This document shows, one piece after another, positions 18,301-29,529 of a stretch of DNA of 64,000 nt. How positions within the stretch are numbered: the stretch's first letter is position 1; the number at the start of each line of letters is the position of its first letter. The notes below the pieces were generated by a model. The model did no database searches and was not told the DNA's origin. It saw only the letters and a program-made list of their open reading frames with translations. The position numbers were made by a program, and so were the translations under genes. Origin of the DNA: Methylovulum sp. Lineage in GTDB: Bacteria; Pseudomonadota; Gammaproteobacteria; Methylococcales; Methylomonadaceae. The DNA is taken from NCBI GenBank assembly GCA_028712695.1, contig JAQTQZ010000016.1, forward strand, positions 8,678 to 72,677. Reading direction: 5' to 3'.

Positions 18301-19827
18301 TTACGACCCTTTATTCGCAAACAACGCTTTGAATAGTGTTTGGTTTTTTAGTTGCTGAAAGTCTGCAAAAGCGGCTTCGAAATTGTTACGGACTTCATTT
18401 TTTTTGGTGTCTATAGCTTGTATCACCACACCCATCGCTAAAAAAGTTGTGGCGGGTACGTTATTAGCAAGCATTTCTTCACTAAATAGCTTTAGATGGT
18501 TTTCTTGGATCTGATAATCCTGAAAGTTGCCTAAAATATCTTGTAGTTTTTTTAGATGGTCAATAAGCTGCTTTATTTTGTGCGGCGGGTAAAGGCTTTG
18601 GAAAAACTCCATTAAATAGCGCAATTTTTTACACGTTTTCCTTAATTCGTGCAAAGCCTCGGCTTCTGATAATTGGCTGACTGCATTGCCTTCTTGTAAT
18701 ACGCGGTTATAAATTTTCCAGATCCGCTTGTCGGCGAGTTGCTTAATGGTCAGTCGCGCGTTAGCTTCGGCAGGGAATTTTGGTGCATGCGCTTTAAGAT
18801 AGTGTTCCCATTCCGATAAGGTTGATAAGTATTTGGCGGAACGCAGTTTTTTTGCCAACTCTTGCTGGGTTTTGCGTTGTTTGTTAAGCAGAAAGTTATG
18901 CAGTGGGTTTAAGTCTTCACGAAGTGGGGGGGGGAGGCTTGCCTTATAATCGTCAAAATGTAACAGATAGACATCCAAGTCACGGGTGGGCGTGGTGATT
19001 TGGCCAAGCCAAGAAAAAAATTCCGCGTAATAGGCGGAGGTCTCCTCAGGCAATATGCCTTTTAGTTGGCTAAGTCCTGATCGCGTCCGGCGCACAGCAA
19101 CCCTGAAATCATGTAAAAACTCACTGTCGGTGTCGGCAATAGTGCCCTGTTCATTGTCTTTAATGACTTTTAACAGATAGCTATAGATGTATTTGCTGGC
19201 AATGTCGGCACGCAGGTCAGGCGCCAGATTGATGGCTAGTTTCGATGAATAGTCTTTAGGTTTTCGGTGTTGCTGTTTTAAAGCGGCAAGCAAAATGGGT
19301 TTATTGATAGGTGATAAGGCCAATTTATCGGTAAGTAAGGTGATAATGTGCTCTGCGACTGTGTCGTAGCCTTTTATTTGTTGTAATAAAACCCGGTTGT
19401 TGAAAAGATCATAATCCTCAATAAATAAGCGTAGCACCGTTTTCTCATCTTTATTGATAATATTGACTTGATAGTGCCCATAATTCAAGGTGCAAACGCC
19501 GAGTAATGCGCGCATTTCAAGAATGGGCGTCAGAATGTCACGTAATTCTCCAGGATCGAACTGTCGGGCGAATGCTGGGGTTTGTTTTAGCTTCCTATTT
19601 ATAATGGTGGCGTTGGTTTCAAGGTTTCTAAGCGATAAGGATGAGTCGTTTTTTGAATGGTTAAACTCACAAATAATGCCTTTTGAGTATAACCGCCAGT
19701 CAAAACTATCATAATAAGTCTTTAGCGAAGGCTCATGGGAAACCAGTTGTACATCAATGAGATGACTGAGTTGGGTAATAAATTTTTCAGTTGTTAAGGT
19801 AACTGGGAACTCAAATTGTAGAGACAT
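18301..19827 (-). CDS. CHAD domain protein (polyphosphate-binding) with CYTH-like N-terminus
   Basis: LHDFRVAVRRTRS, RDLDV, LHELRKTCKKLRY, LQDILG motifs. Confidence 0.85.
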   Translation of the reverse strand: MSLQFEFPVTLTTEKFITQLSHLIDVQLVSHEPSLKTYYDSFDWRLYSKGIICEFNHSKNDSSLSLRNLETNATIINRKLKQTPAFARQFDPGELRDILTPILEMRALLGVCTLNYGHYQVNIINKDEKTVLRLFIEDYDLFNNRVLLQQIKGYDTVAEHIITLLTDKLALSPINKPILLAALKQQHRKPKDYSSKLAINLAPDLRADIASKYIYSYLLKVIKDNEQGTIADTDSEFLHDFRVAVRRTRSGLSQLKGILPEETSAYYAEFFSWLGQITTPTRDLDVYLLHFDDYKASLPPPLREDLNPLHNFLLNKQRKTQQELAKKLRSAKYLSTLSEWEHYLKAHAPKFPAEANARLTIKQLADKRIWKIYNRVLQEGNAVSQLSEAEALHELRKTCKKLRYLMEFFQSLYPPHKIKQLIDHLKKLQDILGNFQDYQIQENHLKLFSEEMLANNVPATTFLAMGVVIQAIDTKKNEVRNNFEAAFADFQQLKNQTLFKALFANKGS

Positions 19828-19894
19828 GGTGACCGATTGGGGAGTTAAGCCTAATTGTTTAAATTACAATGCCGCTTTGGTTTTTAAAGACACT

Positions 19895-19912
19895 TTGTCA
19901 CAAATTAATCAT
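19895..19912 (+). promoter_or_regulatory. Possible PHO box
   Basis: TTGTCAC-AAAT-TAATCAT with 11-bp periodicity, between the CHAD and sixA genes. Confidence 0.35.
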
Positions 19913-20005
19913 CATAATATAACAACAGAATGAGTGGGGCGAAAAATAACTGCCTACAGGGCGTGAAATATGGTGCGCTTTATCAATCAATTGAAGAGGT
20001 GGGAC

Positions 20006-20515
20006 ATGAGTAGAGAACTATGGTTGCTTCGGCATGGTAAATCTGACCGGGATGTTGTTATGGACGATTTTGACCGGCCATTAAAAAAACGTGGAAAACA
20101 GGCCGTTCAACGTGTCGGTGCATGGATGCTGCGAGAGCATCTTATGCCGGACATTATTTTAAGCTCGCCAGCAACTAGGGCCATCAATACTGCTAGGCTG
20201 GTTTGTAAGGCTATTGGTGCCGATAAAATGGCGGTTCAGCAGGATAAGCGCTTGTATTTTCAAGGTCTTGAGAAATTGAAGAGGGTGTTGTCTGAATGTC
20301 CTATTGACGCGGGTCGCGTTTTATTGGTGGGGCATAACCCTGATTTGGAGATGCTGTTACTTGATTTGGTTGGTGGGCCAAACGTGCCTGATACAGATAA
20401 ATTATTGCCTACCGCTGCGTTTGCAAGAATCGCCATGCCAAAAGATTGGCGCAGCCTAGATGCAGGCTGCTCCAAGTTATTATCAATCACCTATGCACAA
20501 CAGTTGCCTGAATAG
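20006..20515 (+). CDS. sixA: Phosphohistidine phosphatase SixA
   Basis: LLRHGKS, DFDRPL, SSPATRA, LVGHNP, PTAA. Confidence 0.85.
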   Translation: MSRELWLLRHGKSDRDVVMDDFDRPLKKRGKQAVQRVGAWMLREHLMPDIILSSPATRAINTARLVCKAIGADKMAVQQDKRLYFQGLEKLKRVLSECPIDAGRVLLVGHNPDLEMLLLDLVGGPNVPDTDKLLPTAAFARIAMPKDWRSLDAGCSKLLSITYAQQLPE

Positions 20516-20662
20516 TCTGGATGCGTGGCTAATATGCCAAAAGGGGTGGCATCCAAATGGAGGTTATGCCGTTATGAATATCAGTGTTTATGCTATTGAT
20601 TGTTAGAGGTAGGGAGGGCAGCGGCTGGTTGTTATGGGCGAAGTACAGATAAATAAACAAAA

Positions 20663-20691
20663 TTGTAATAACTATGTCATGTAAAATTAAT
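20663..20691 (+). promoter_or_regulatory. PHO box upstream of pstS
   Basis: TTGTAAT-AACT-ATGTCAT-GTAA-AATTAAT, 11-bp periodic repeats about 60 bp upstream of the pstS ATG. Confidence 0.6.
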
Positions 20692-20749
20692 ACCCTTGTT
20701 ATCTGCTTTTTGTAGAGTGCGCACAATAATAAATTTTTGGGGTTGCTTA

Positions 20750-21739
20750 ATGAAATTAACTATTAAAACAAAATCGGTGCTTGCTGCGATAGGATTCGCA
20801 TCTGTTGCTATGGTCAGTGGCGTTGCCAGTGCAGTGCAGGAAATCGATGCAGATACGCCGGTGTATCAAAAAGCAAGTGGTATTTCTGGTAATTTATCCA
20901 GTGTTGGTTCTGATACATTGGCTAATCAAATGACGTTGTGGGCTGAGTCGTTTAACCGTATTTACCCAAATGTCAATATCCAGATCCAGGCGGCGGGTTC
21001 TTCTACGGCGCCTCCCGCTTTAACCGAAGGTACATCTAATTTGGGGCCCATGAGCCGTGAAATGAAGGATGATGAGCTTGGCGCATTCGAAAGCAAGTTC
21101 GGCTATAAGCCGACTGCAATTCCTGTCGCAGTTGACGCGTTAGCGGTATTTGCAAATAAAGACAATCCAATCAAAGGGTTATCGGTAGATCAAGTGGACG
21201 CTATTTTTTCTTCCACGCGTAAATGTGGTTATGACAAAGATATAACAACGTGGGGCGATGCTGGCGTAGATAATAAAGAGTGGAAAACAAAAAGCATCCA
21301 ATTGTACGGACGTAATTCTGTTTCTGGCACTTATGGGTATTTTAAGGAGCATGCCTTGTGCAAAGGCGACTTTAAAAATAACGTCAATGAGCAGCCCGGT
21401 TCAGCTTCTGTTGTGCAATCAGTGACGGCTTCTGTCAATGGGATTGGTTATTCAGGCTTAGGTTATATAACATCCGGTATTAAAGCGGTGCCGTTAGCGA
21501 AAAAAGGCGGTAAAGACTTTGTTGAAGCAACGCCTGAAAACGCACTTGCAGGCAAATATCCTTTAGCACGCTATTTGTACATTTATGTCAACAAAAAACC
21601 AAACCAACCGTTGGCACCTTTAGAAAACGAATTTATTAAGATGGTTCTGTCTAAAACCGGTCAGCAAGCTGTAATAAAAGATGGCTATATTCCTCTGCCT
21701 GCGAAAGTGATTAAAAAAGTGCTGGCCACTATTGAATAA
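20750..21739 (+). CDS. pstS: Phosphate ABC transporter substrate-binding protein
   Basis: Signal peptide, [34 protein letters not shown]. Confidence 0.95.
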   Translation: MKLTIKTKSVLAAIGFASVAMVSGVASAVQEIDADTPVYQKASGISGNLSSVGSDTLANQMTLWAESFNRIYPNVNIQIQAAGSSTAPPALTEGTSNLGPMSREMKDDELGAFESKFGYKPTAIPVAVDALAVFANKDNPIKGLSVDQVDAIFSSTRKCGYDKDITTWGDAGVDNKEWKTKSIQLYGRNSVSGTYGYFKEHALCKGDFKNNVNEQPGSASVVQSVTASVNGIGYSGLGYITSGIKAVPLAKKGGKDFVEATPENALAGKYPLARYLYIYVNKKPNQPLAPLENEFIKMVLSKTGQQAVIKDGYIPLPAKVIKKVLATIE

Positions 21740-21828
21740 TAGGATAGGGTGCTAAAAAATACTATTTGTTCGTACAGTGTCTTAATTTAGGTGTGCCAGT
21801 TGCCACCTTTATTGAAGACTAATTAAGT

Positions 21829-21872
21829 AAAAAGCGGCTGGCATCGTTAATAAATATCAGCCGCTTTTTTTT
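21829..21872 (+). terminator. Hairpin after pstS
   Basis: AAAAAGCGGCTG...CAGCCGCTTTTTTTT. Confidence 0.7.
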
Positions 21873-21922
21873 ATACATTTTCTGACTTTTATGCTTTGCC
21901 ATAGTTTATTTCCAGTAGCGTT

Positions 21923-24214
21923 ATGCCTGACACCAACTCATCTATGAAAAACCTTCCAGTTACCGATATACACTCCAATCAAAGCTTTCTGCGTTGGCGA
22001 TTACTTAAAGACTCGTTAGCACGTTATGGCGTGATTGCAGGTGGTATGGGGGTGATCTTCGCAGTTGTAATGATTTTCTTTTATTTGCTCTACGTTGTTC
22101 TTCCACTATTTTTACCGGCGACAGCAGAATTGGTCAGTCAATATGATGTCCCAGAAAAAGCTTTGGGAAAAACCGTGTTGCTGGACATGGAAGAACAGAA
22201 TGAAGTGGCGGCACGGTTTACTGACACTGGTAAAGCGGTGTTTTTTTTAGCAGATACCGGTAAGGTTGTTTCTATACAAGCGGTCGCAATACCTGAAGGA
22301 GTGGTTGTCACAAGCTTTTCGCAAGGCAGCCCTATTAATGAGGGTGCTGTGGTTTATGGCCTTTCTGATGGTCGTGCCGTTATTGTAAAACATACCTACA
22401 AAACGACTTATCCAAACAATAAGCGGCTTATCACCCCCGCTCTTGAATACCCTTTGGGTGAGCAACCGTTAGTGCTGGATGACTCCGGTGCCGCATTAGA
22501 GAAAATTGCAGTGCAAGTGGGGGATAATGCCACTACGGTGATTGCAAAAACTGCTGGGACTTCCCAGAGTGCGGGCAGAATTCATTTGACTGGTTTTGAA
22601 AAGGAACAATCACTATTTGCAGATGAAGCGACTTTACAGCGGACGGATGCCGTTATAAACGTACCAGTTGAAGGTGTGGCCGATATTTTAATTGATAAGG
22701 AAGGGCGAAACCTTTACTTGGTTAGCAGTAATGGGCGTTTGGCTTATTATGATATCAGTGATAAGGGCGCCCCCGCTTTAAAACAAGCGCAAAGTGTCGT
22801 TGAGGCTGGGCAAAAAATCACCAGCGTTTGTTTTTTAACAGGCGATATTTCATTATTGATAGGTGACTCTAGTGGTCTAGTGACGCAGTGGAGCATGGTC
22901 AGGGACGATAAGAACCGCATGGCAATGGAAAAAATAAGGGCATTCAAGGTGTCTGATAAGGCCGTTGTGGACATAAAGGCAGAGCAACGGCGCAAAGGCT
23001 TTGTCACGGTTGATACTGCTGGACATTTCGGTGTTTATCATTCAACGGCTGAAAAAGAGCTGATAAAAGAAAAAGGTGTCGGGCCATTGTCCACATTTAC
23101 CATCTCACCCCGTGCTAATGCCCTATTGATGCAAACCGACGGAACGCTTGGTTTTTGGCGGGTAAATAATCCCCATCCTGAAGTCTCGTTCAAATCACTT
23201 TGGGGCAAAGTTTGGTACGAAAGCTATCCTAAGCCCGATTATATTTGGCAGTCCTCCGCAGCAAACAATGATTTTGAACCAAAATATAGTTTGATCCCTT
23301 TGGTTTTTGGTACGCTGAAAGCTGCTTTTTATGCCATGTTGGTGGCCATGCCGCTGGCATTGATGGGTGCCATTTATACTGCCTATTTTATGACGCCGGT
23401 TATGCGGCAGTATGTAAAGCCCACTATTGAAATTATGGGTGCTTTGCCCACCGTTATTTTAGGTTTTTTAGCGGGGTTATGGTTGGCTCCATTCATGGAA
23501 GAGCATCTTGCTGGTATTTTTTCTTTTGTGGCATTAATGCCGTTTATCGTTATGCTCTTCGCCTATGCTTGGCATAATTTGCCTAAAGAATTTTTGGAAA
23601 AAATACCTGAAGGTTGGGATTCGGCGGTACTGATACCGGTTATTTTGCTAGGAAGTTGGTTTGCTTTTGCGGTAAGCGTGCCGTTGGAATCTTGGATTTT
23701 TCATGGCAGTATACGCGATTGGTTTAAGAATGAGTTGGGTATAGGTTATGACCAGCGAAATGCCATGGTTGTTGGTGTTGCGATGGGTTTTGCGGTTATC
23801 CCCACTATTTTTTCGATTGCAGAAGATGCTATTTTTAGCGTGCCCAAACATTTGACGGTCGGATCTTTGGCATTAGGGGCAACTCCTTGGCAAACAATGT
23901 CTAAAGTGGTGTTGTTGACTGCAAGCCCAGGGATTTTTTCTGCAGTCATGATCGGATTTGGGCGGGCAGTCGGCGAGACCATGATTGTGCTCATGGCAAC
24001 AGGTAACACACCGGTTATGGATATAAGCATTTTTCAGGGTATGCGGACACTGGCGGCCAATATCGCGGTAGAAATGCCGGAATCCGAAGTTGATAGCACC
24101 CATTACAGGGTTTTGTTTTTGGCCGCTCTGGTATTGTTTTCTTTTACTTTTGTTTTCAATACCCTGGCCGAAGTTATTCGTCAGCGTTTACGCGAGAAAT
24201 ATAGCTCATTATGA
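21923..24214 (+). CDS. pstC: Phosphate ABC transporter permease PstC (long form)
   Basis: GTLKAAFYAM, MGALPTVILG, GRAVGETMIVLMATGN; large extracytoplasmic insertion. Confidence 0.92.
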   Translation: MPDTNSSMKNLPVTDIHSNQSFLRWRLLKDSLARYGVIAGGMGVIFAVVMIFFYLLYVVLPLFLPATAELVSQYDVPEKALGKTVLLDMEEQNEVAARFTDTGKAVFFLADTGKVVSIQAVAIPEGVVVTSFSQGSPINEGAVVYGLSDGRAVIVKHTYKTTYPNNKRLITPALEYPLGEQPLVLDDSGAALEKIAVQVGDNATTVIAKTAGTSQSAGRIHLTGFEKEQSLFADEATLQRTDAVINVPVEGVADILIDKEGRNLYLVSSNGRLAYYDISDKGAPALKQAQSVVEAGQKITSVCFLTGDISLLIGDSSGLVTQWSMVRDDKNRMAMEKIRAFKVSDKAVVDIKAEQRRKGFVTVDTAGHFGVYHSTAEKELIKEKGVGPLSTFTISPRANALLMQTDGTLGFWRVNNPHPEVSFKSLWGKVWYESYPKPDYIWQSSAANNDFEPKYSLIPLVFGTLKAAFYAMLVAMPLALMGAIYTAYFMTPVMRQYVKPTIEIMGALPTVILGFLAGLWLAPFMEEHLAGIFSFVALMPFIVMLFAYAWHNLPKEFLEKIPEGWDSAVLIPVILLGSWFAFAVSVPLESWIFHGSIRDWFKNELGIGYDQRNAMVVGVAMGFAVIPTIFSIAEDAIFSVPKHLTVGSLALGATPWQTMSKVVLLTASPGIFSAVMIGFGRAVGETMIVLMATGNTPVMDISIFQGMRTLAANIAVEMPESEVDSTHYRVLFLAALVLFSFTFVFNTLAEVIRQRLREKYSSL

Positions 24215-25866
24215 TTAAATTATGGATTAAAAGCGGTAGCCCTTGGGTATGGCTTAATGCTGCCGCTGTCAGCACCTGTCTTATTATGGTCATCGCCGTG
24301 CTTGGCCTTATTGCGGTCAGAGGCGCGGCTCATTTTTGGCCCGCTAAAGTGGCGCAATTTAGCTATCAAGAAGAGGGTGGGCTGGTGCAAACCCTAATTG
24401 GCGAGCATGTTGACACCAGCATAACATCCGCCGCAATGGCAAAATCTACCGGTCATAAAATGGCTGATAACGAAGACACACTGGTACAGTATCTGATTAA
24501 AACCGGTAACCGTGATGTGACCGGGGCGGATTTCCGTTGGATACTGGAGCGCGATGTCAAAAACATGGATTTCCCTGCCAATCTTATAGTGATTGAACGG
24601 CGTGAATGGGGCAATTTTTACGGGCAATTATTAGCCGTTAAAGAAAACGGCAAAATTATTGCTAATGGTGAAAAAGCGGTGTCTGTTGTACATAAAAAAA
24701 TAGCAGCCGCATTAGCTATTTTTGGTCAGATACAGCATTTAGAGAAAAAAGAAATAGGGTCAATAAATTACAGTCTTGAACGGTTAAGGTTAAAGGAAAA
24801 AAAGTTAAAGCTTAAGGATCTTTGGAATGCCGAGGCAGAGCGTGAAGTCGCCGCCGAAAAAGCGGGTTATGAACAACAATATAATCAGTATCAAACACAA
24901 TTAAGCGAACTATATCAAAAAGTTAGGCAAGATAGTTTGATTGCAAAAACAGATGTCGGTAAAGAAGTTGAAATTTCCTTGGCAAAAATTGTAAGGCTGT
25001 ATCAACCGAACAGCATGAACTTATTTGATAAAATAGGCTTTTATGGTGCAAAAATCGTTGAATTTTTGACCGATGATCCGCGCGAGGCGAATACCGAAGG
25101 CGGAATTTTTCCGGCTATTTTTGGTACGGTCATGATGGTTATCATGATGTCGATTATTGTTACGCCATTTGGTGTGATTGCGGCAGTCTATATGCGTGAA
25201 TATGCCAAGCAAGGTTTTTTAACAAGGCTTATTAGAATTTCTGTAAATAATTTAGCGGGTGTTCCATCCATAGTTTATGGCGTATTTGGCTTGGGTTTTT
25301 TTGTTTATATTTTGGGTGGGAACATAGACCAATTATTTTTCCCAGAAGCGGCACCAGCCCCTGTATATGGAACGCCGGGATTGTTATGGGCATCAATTAC
25401 TTTAGCTTTGCTGACTTTACCCGTCGTTATTGTTTCAACAGAGGAAGGCCTGTCGCGTATCCCTTCGTCTATAAGGGAAGGTAGTTTGGCGCTAGGGGCG
25501 ACTAAATTGGAGACCTTGTGGCTTACCGTATTGCCGATGGCAAGTCCTGCGATGATGACAGGATTGATTTTGGCCGTCGCCCGTGCGGCGGGAGAGGTGG
25601 CACCTTTGATGCTGGTTGGGGTTGTTAAGCTGGCGCCGACACTGCCATTGGATGGAAACTTTCCATTTTTACATTTGGATAGAAAATTTATGCATTTAGG
25701 GTTTCATATTTATGATGTCGGTTTTCAAAGTCCTAATGTTGAAGCGGCAAGACCCTTGGTTTATGCAACCGCATTATTGTTGGTAGTGGTGATAATAGGG
25801 CTGAATTTGGCGGCCATTGTCATCAGAAATCGTCTGCGAGAAAAATACCGAGCACTGGAAGGTTAA
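24211..25866 (+). CDS. pstA: Phosphate ABC transporter permease PstA (long form)
   Basis: GGIFPAIFGT, NLAGVPSIVYG, ARAAGEVAPL. Confidence 0.95.
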   Translation: MIKLWIKSGSPWVWLNAAAVSTCLIMVIAVLGLIAVRGAAHFWPAKVAQFSYQEEGGLVQTLIGEHVDTSITSAAMAKSTGHKMADNEDTLVQYLIKTGNRDVTGADFRWILERDVKNMDFPANLIVIERREWGNFYGQLLAVKENGKIIANGEKAVSVVHKKIAAALAIFGQIQHLEKKEIGSINYSLERLRLKEKKLKLKDLWNAEAEREVAAEKAGYEQQYNQYQTQLSELYQKVRQDSLIAKTDVGKEVEISLAKIVRLYQPNSMNLFDKIGFYGAKIVEFLTDDPREANTEGGIFPAIFGTVMMVIMMSIIVTPFGVIAAVYMREYAKQGFLTRLIRISVNNLAGVPSIVYGVFGLGFFVYILGGNIDQLFFPEAAPAPVYGTPGLLWASITLALLTLPVVIVSTEEGLSRIPSSIREGSLALGATKLETLWLTVLPMASPAMMTGLILAVARAAGEVAPLMLVGVVKLAPTLPLDGNFPFLHLDRKFMHLGFHIYDVGFQSPNVEAARPLVYATALLLVVVIIGLNLAAIVIRNRLREKYRALEG

Positions 25867-25869
25867 AAA

Positions 25870-26703
25870 ATGACATCACAAGAAGTACGCACACATACAA
25901 TAGATATGAATTCAGTTTTGCTTAATAGGGCTAACCAAAGCGACCTTGAAGAGACTTGCATTAAAGTGGAAAACTTGAATCTTTTCTATGGAGAAAAGCA
26001 AGCGTTGTATGGCATCAATATGGAAATGCCAAAGAAAAAAGTGACTGCCTATATCGGCCCCAGCGGCTGTGGCAAATCAACGTTATTACGCTGCATTAAC
26101 CGAATGAATGATTTGGTTGATAGTGTCACCATTGATGGAAAAATTTTACTGGATGATGAAAACATCTACGAAAAGTCAGTCAATGTTGCTGCGTTGCGCA
26201 GACGTGTTGGCATGGTATTTCAAAAGCCGAATCCTTTTCCTAAGTCCATTTTTGAAAATGTTGCTTACGGACTTCGTATTCAGGGCATAAATGACAAGCG
26301 AATATTGTCAGAAACTGTCGAAAATGCCCTTCGAGGTGCCGCGCTTTGGGATGAAATGAAAGACCGGTTAAACGATAATGCGCTGGGTATATCAGGCGGT
26401 CAGCAACAAAGATTGGTTATTGCAAGGGCGATTGCCATTGAACCTGAAGTTTTGTTGCTTGATGAGCCGGCATCTGCATTAGACCCTATTTCGACATTGA
26501 AAATTGAAGAATTAATCAATGAGCTTAAAGAAAAATACACCATAGTTATCGTGACCCATAATATGCAGCAAGCTGCACGTGTTTCTGATTATACGGCGTT
26601 TATGTATATGGGGGAGCTGGTCGAAATGGGAACCACCAGCGAGTTATTTACTAACCCTAAGAAAAAACAAACTGAAGATTACATAACCGGACGTTACGGG
26701 TAG
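25870..26703 (+). CDS. pstB: Phosphate ABC transporter ATPase
   Basis: [34 protein letters not shown]. Confidence 0.97.
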   Translation: MTSQEVRTHTIDMNSVLLNRANQSDLEETCIKVENLNLFYGEKQALYGINMEMPKKKVTAYIGPSGCGKSTLLRCINRMNDLVDSVTIDGKILLDDENIYEKSVNVAALRRRVGMVFQKPNPFPKSIFENVAYGLRIQGINDKRILSETVENALRGAALWDEMKDRLNDNALGISGGQQQRLVIARAIAIEPEVLLLDEPASALDPISTLKIEELINELKEKYTIVIVTHNMQQAARVSDYTAFMYMGELVEMGTTSELFTNPKKKQTEDYITGRYG

Positions 26704-26714
26704 AGGAGCAGACA

Positions 26715-27425
26715 ATGGAGAACAAAGAAATAGGCCATCACATATCGGAAAAGTTTAATCAAGAACTGGAAGATATACGTAACAAAGTTTTAACTATGGG
26801 AGGGCTAGTTGAACAGCAAATAGAAATGGCTGTGCAGGCATTCACCTCGGGCGATATCGAATTGGCGGAGCTGGTTATTAAACAAGATAATCAGGTTGAT
26901 GCGCTGGAAATGGCAATAGACCTCGAATGTACTCAGATTATGGCATTAAGGCAGCCAACGGCATTTGATCTAAGAATGTTGATAGCCGTCATCAAAATTG
27001 TCCGTGAGATGGAGCGGGCCGGTGATAAAGCTGAGCGGATTGCCCAGATGGCAATACAATTGTCAGGCGCGGACAACCAGAATCATCAATACGAATTGGA
27101 GCACATGGCAAGCCTTATTATGGAGATGATGCACGGTGCGTTGGATGCGTTTGCCAGAGTCAATATAGAAGACATTACAATGATTACCGGCAAGGATGAG
27201 AATGTTAACCGGGAATATGAAAATATTATCAGGCGGTTAATTACCCGGATGATGGAAGATCCACGCAATATTACTCGCGCGTTGGATGTTATTTGGGCGG
27301 CTAGGGCTATGGAAAGGATTGGTGATTATGCTTGTAATATCTGCGAGCATCTGATCTATATGGTCAATGGTGAAGATGTGCGCCATTTGACCCAGCAAGA
27401 GCTGGAAAAGAAAATGAAGGCATAA
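26715..27425 (+). CDS. phoU: Phosphate signalling protein PhoU
   Basis: HISEKFNQEL, RQPTAFDLR, ERIGDYACNI. Confidence 0.95.
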   Translation: MENKEIGHHISEKFNQELEDIRNKVLTMGGLVEQQIEMAVQAFTSGDIELAELVIKQDNQVDALEMAIDLECTQIMALRQPTAFDLRMLIAVIKIVREMERAGDKAERIAQMAIQLSGADNQNHQYELEHMASLIMEMMHGALDAFARVNIEDITMITGKDENVNREYENIIRRLITRMMEDPRNITRALDVIWAARAMERIGDYACNICEHLIYMVNGEDVRHLTQQELEKKMKA

Positions 27426-27452
27426 TTAAGTTTTTTCAAAAGACGGTGGCTG

Positions 27453-27488
27453 AAAAAGGTGTGCGGGATTATTCCCGCACACCTTTTT
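27453..27488. terminator. Bidirectional rho-independent terminator
   Basis: AAAAAGGTGTGCGGGA-TTAT-TCCCGCACACCTTTTT perfect stem. Confidence 0.85.
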
Positions 27489-27633
27489 TATTTCCCAGCC
27501 AAAATATCAGTAGTGGTTGTAATTTGATTGTTGATGCTTCGGTGGTCAATTCGGAAGGGATCGCCGGCGTCCAGTTTGTAGGGATGTAAGCTATTTTTAG
27601 ATCAGCTTCAACTTGATCGTTACCAAAAATCTA

Positions 27634-28470
27634 TTATTTTTCTAAGCCAATAAAATCCCAAATACGATGCGATAGGGTTGCATTTTTATGCTCAGGGACT
27701 GGAGGGCCATCAGGGTAGTTTTTTTGATAAACTTGCTCGACATCATCGGCTAAATTTTTCATGCCCAGCCCGGTGTAAGCAAGGTTCATAACTTGTAAGG
27801 CATACGGAATGGCAGGGGTGCGCTGATACTTTTCAATAACGCCAGCCGCTCTGTTAGCGGCGGCTAAATAGGCTTTACGCTTTAAATAATAACGGGCGAC
27901 ATGAACCTCGTGCATGGCTAGATTGTTTCTGAGTGCGACCATGCGTAACCTGGCATCCGACAAATATCTGCTACCTGGATACCGACGGATCAGCTCGGCA
28001 AAGTTATCATAAGCATTACGCGCACTGCCAGGATCGCGCTGGGAAGTGTCCGTCGGCAAAAAGCGGTCAAGAAAGCCGATGTCACGGTTATAGTTGACCA
28101 AACCTTTTAAATAGTAAGCGTAATCAACATGCGGGTTACGGGGATTGATTTTGATAAAACGGTCGGCGGCAGCGATTGCGGAGTCCGGGTCACCATTTTT
28201 ATAATAGGCATAGGCAATGTCCAGTTGTGTTTGCGCCGACGACTCACCAAATGGATAGCGCGATTCTAATGCTTCGTAGAGTTTGATGGCTTTGTCATAA
28301 TTACCTGAATCCAGCGCCACTTTCGCTTCCGTGCGGAATTTTTGTGCGTTCCAGCCCGCATATTCCTCTTCGGTATCTGAGCTTTTTGATGAAAACCCCA
28401 GTGTTTCACAACCTTGAAGCGATAAGCTAAAAAAGCAGATAAAAAGAAATTTTATTAAAATTAATCGCAT
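27634..28470 (-). CDS. bamD: Outer membrane assembly lipoprotein BamD
   Basis: Lipobox LQGC, LESRYPFG, YAYYLKGLVN, YYLKRKAYLAAANR; divergent from rluD. Confidence 0.93.
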   Translation of the reverse strand: MRLILIKFLFICFFSLSLQGCETLGFSSKSSDTEEEYAGWNAQKFRTEAKVALDSGNYDKAIKLYEALESRYPFGESSAQTQLDIAYAYYKNGDPDSAIAAADRFIKINPRNPHVDYAYYLKGLVNYNRDIGFLDRFLPTDTSQRDPGSARNAYDNFAELIRRYPGSRYLSDARLRMVALRNNLAMHEVHVARYYLKRKAYLAAANRAAGVIEKYQRTPAIPYALQVMNLAYTGLGMKNLADDVEQVYQKNYPDGPPVPEHKNATLSHRIWDFIGLEK

Positions 28471-28560
28471 AGTGCTAACGACACGTTGTAATATTAGAGG
28501 TTTTCTCGCTGGTTCAACTGCGATACTTTATGGTATGTGGCTAGTGAGTATAACTTAACA

Positions 28561-29529
28561 ATGGGTTATTCAGAAGAACTTGTTATGATGAGATTAACAG
28601 CAGAAGTGCCGCTGGAAATGGCGGGAATGCGCTTAGATCAAGTGCTTGCGGAATTGTTTGCGGATTATTCGCGCAGCAAACTGCAAACGTGGATTAAATT
28701 AGGGCGTGTACAGGTCAATGGCTTGATACTTAAGCCGAAAGATAAGTTGGATGGTGGCGAAGAAATTGCTGTAGATGCTGAGGCGGAGGTTGTGGTGATG
28801 TCAGAAGCTGAAGATATTCCTTTAGATATTGTTTTTGAAGACGAGAGTTTGCTCATTGTCAATAAACCAGCGGGGTTGGTGGTTCACCCAGCCGTTGGTA
28901 ATTGGCATGGCACGTTACTCAATGCATTATTGAATCATGATGCCAATTTGGAGACCTTGCCTAGGGCAGGTATTGTGCACAGGATTGACAAAGACACCAG
29001 CGGCCTTTTGATGATAGCCAAAACGCTACAAGCCCACAACAGCCTGACCCAGCAGCTGCAAGAGCGCGAAATTACCCGTGAATATCTGGCTATTAGCCGT
29101 GGGCGCATGACAGCAGGCGGCACGGTTGATGAACCTATAGGCCGCCATCCTACCGATCGTAAACGCTATGTGGTTAGGGAATCAGGGAAGTTTGCCGTGA
29201 CGCATTACCGAGTAGTGCAACGGTTCACACGTCATACGCTAGTCCAAGTAAAGTTGGAAACCGGGCGTACCCATCAAATCCGCGTACACATGGCACATAT
29301 CCGGTTTCCCTTATTAGGGGATCAAGTTTACGGTGGGCGCTTTCAAATGCCGCCTAACTGTAATGAGCAATTGGAAACGGAACTGCGTTCTTTTAAACGT
29401 CAGGCCTTACATGCGGCAAAACTAGGTCTGCTACATCCGGTGACTGATGAGTACCATGAGTGGGAGCAACCGCTGCCTGATGATATGGTACGCCTTTTGG
29501 AAGCTTTGGCTGATAATGAGCAAGATTAA
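28561..29529 (+). CDS. rluD: 23S rRNA pseudouridine synthase
   Basis: S4 domain, NKPAGLVVHP, HRIDKDTSG, LETGRTHQIRVH, RQALHA. Confidence 0.95.
   Translation: MGYSEELVMMRLTAEVPLEMAGMRLDQVLAELFADYSRSKLQTWIKLGRVQVNGLILKPKDKLDGGEEIAVDAEAEVVVMSEAEDIPLDIVFEDESLLIVNKPAGLVVHPAVGNWHGTLLNALLNHDANLETLPRAGIVHRIDKDTSGLLMIAKTLQAHNSLTQQLQEREITREYLAISRGRMTAGGTVDEPIGRHPTDRKRYVVRESGKFAVTHYRVVQRFTRHTLVQVKLETGRTHQIRVHMAHIRFPLLGDQVYGGRFQMPPNCNEQLETELRSFKRQALHAAKLGLLHPVTDEYHEWEQPLPDDMVRLLEALADNEQD

Noticed and set aside
21923-25866. Unusually long PstC and PstA
   Set aside because: Long forms with extracytoplasmic insertions are well known in Pseudomonas/Vibrio-type pst operons
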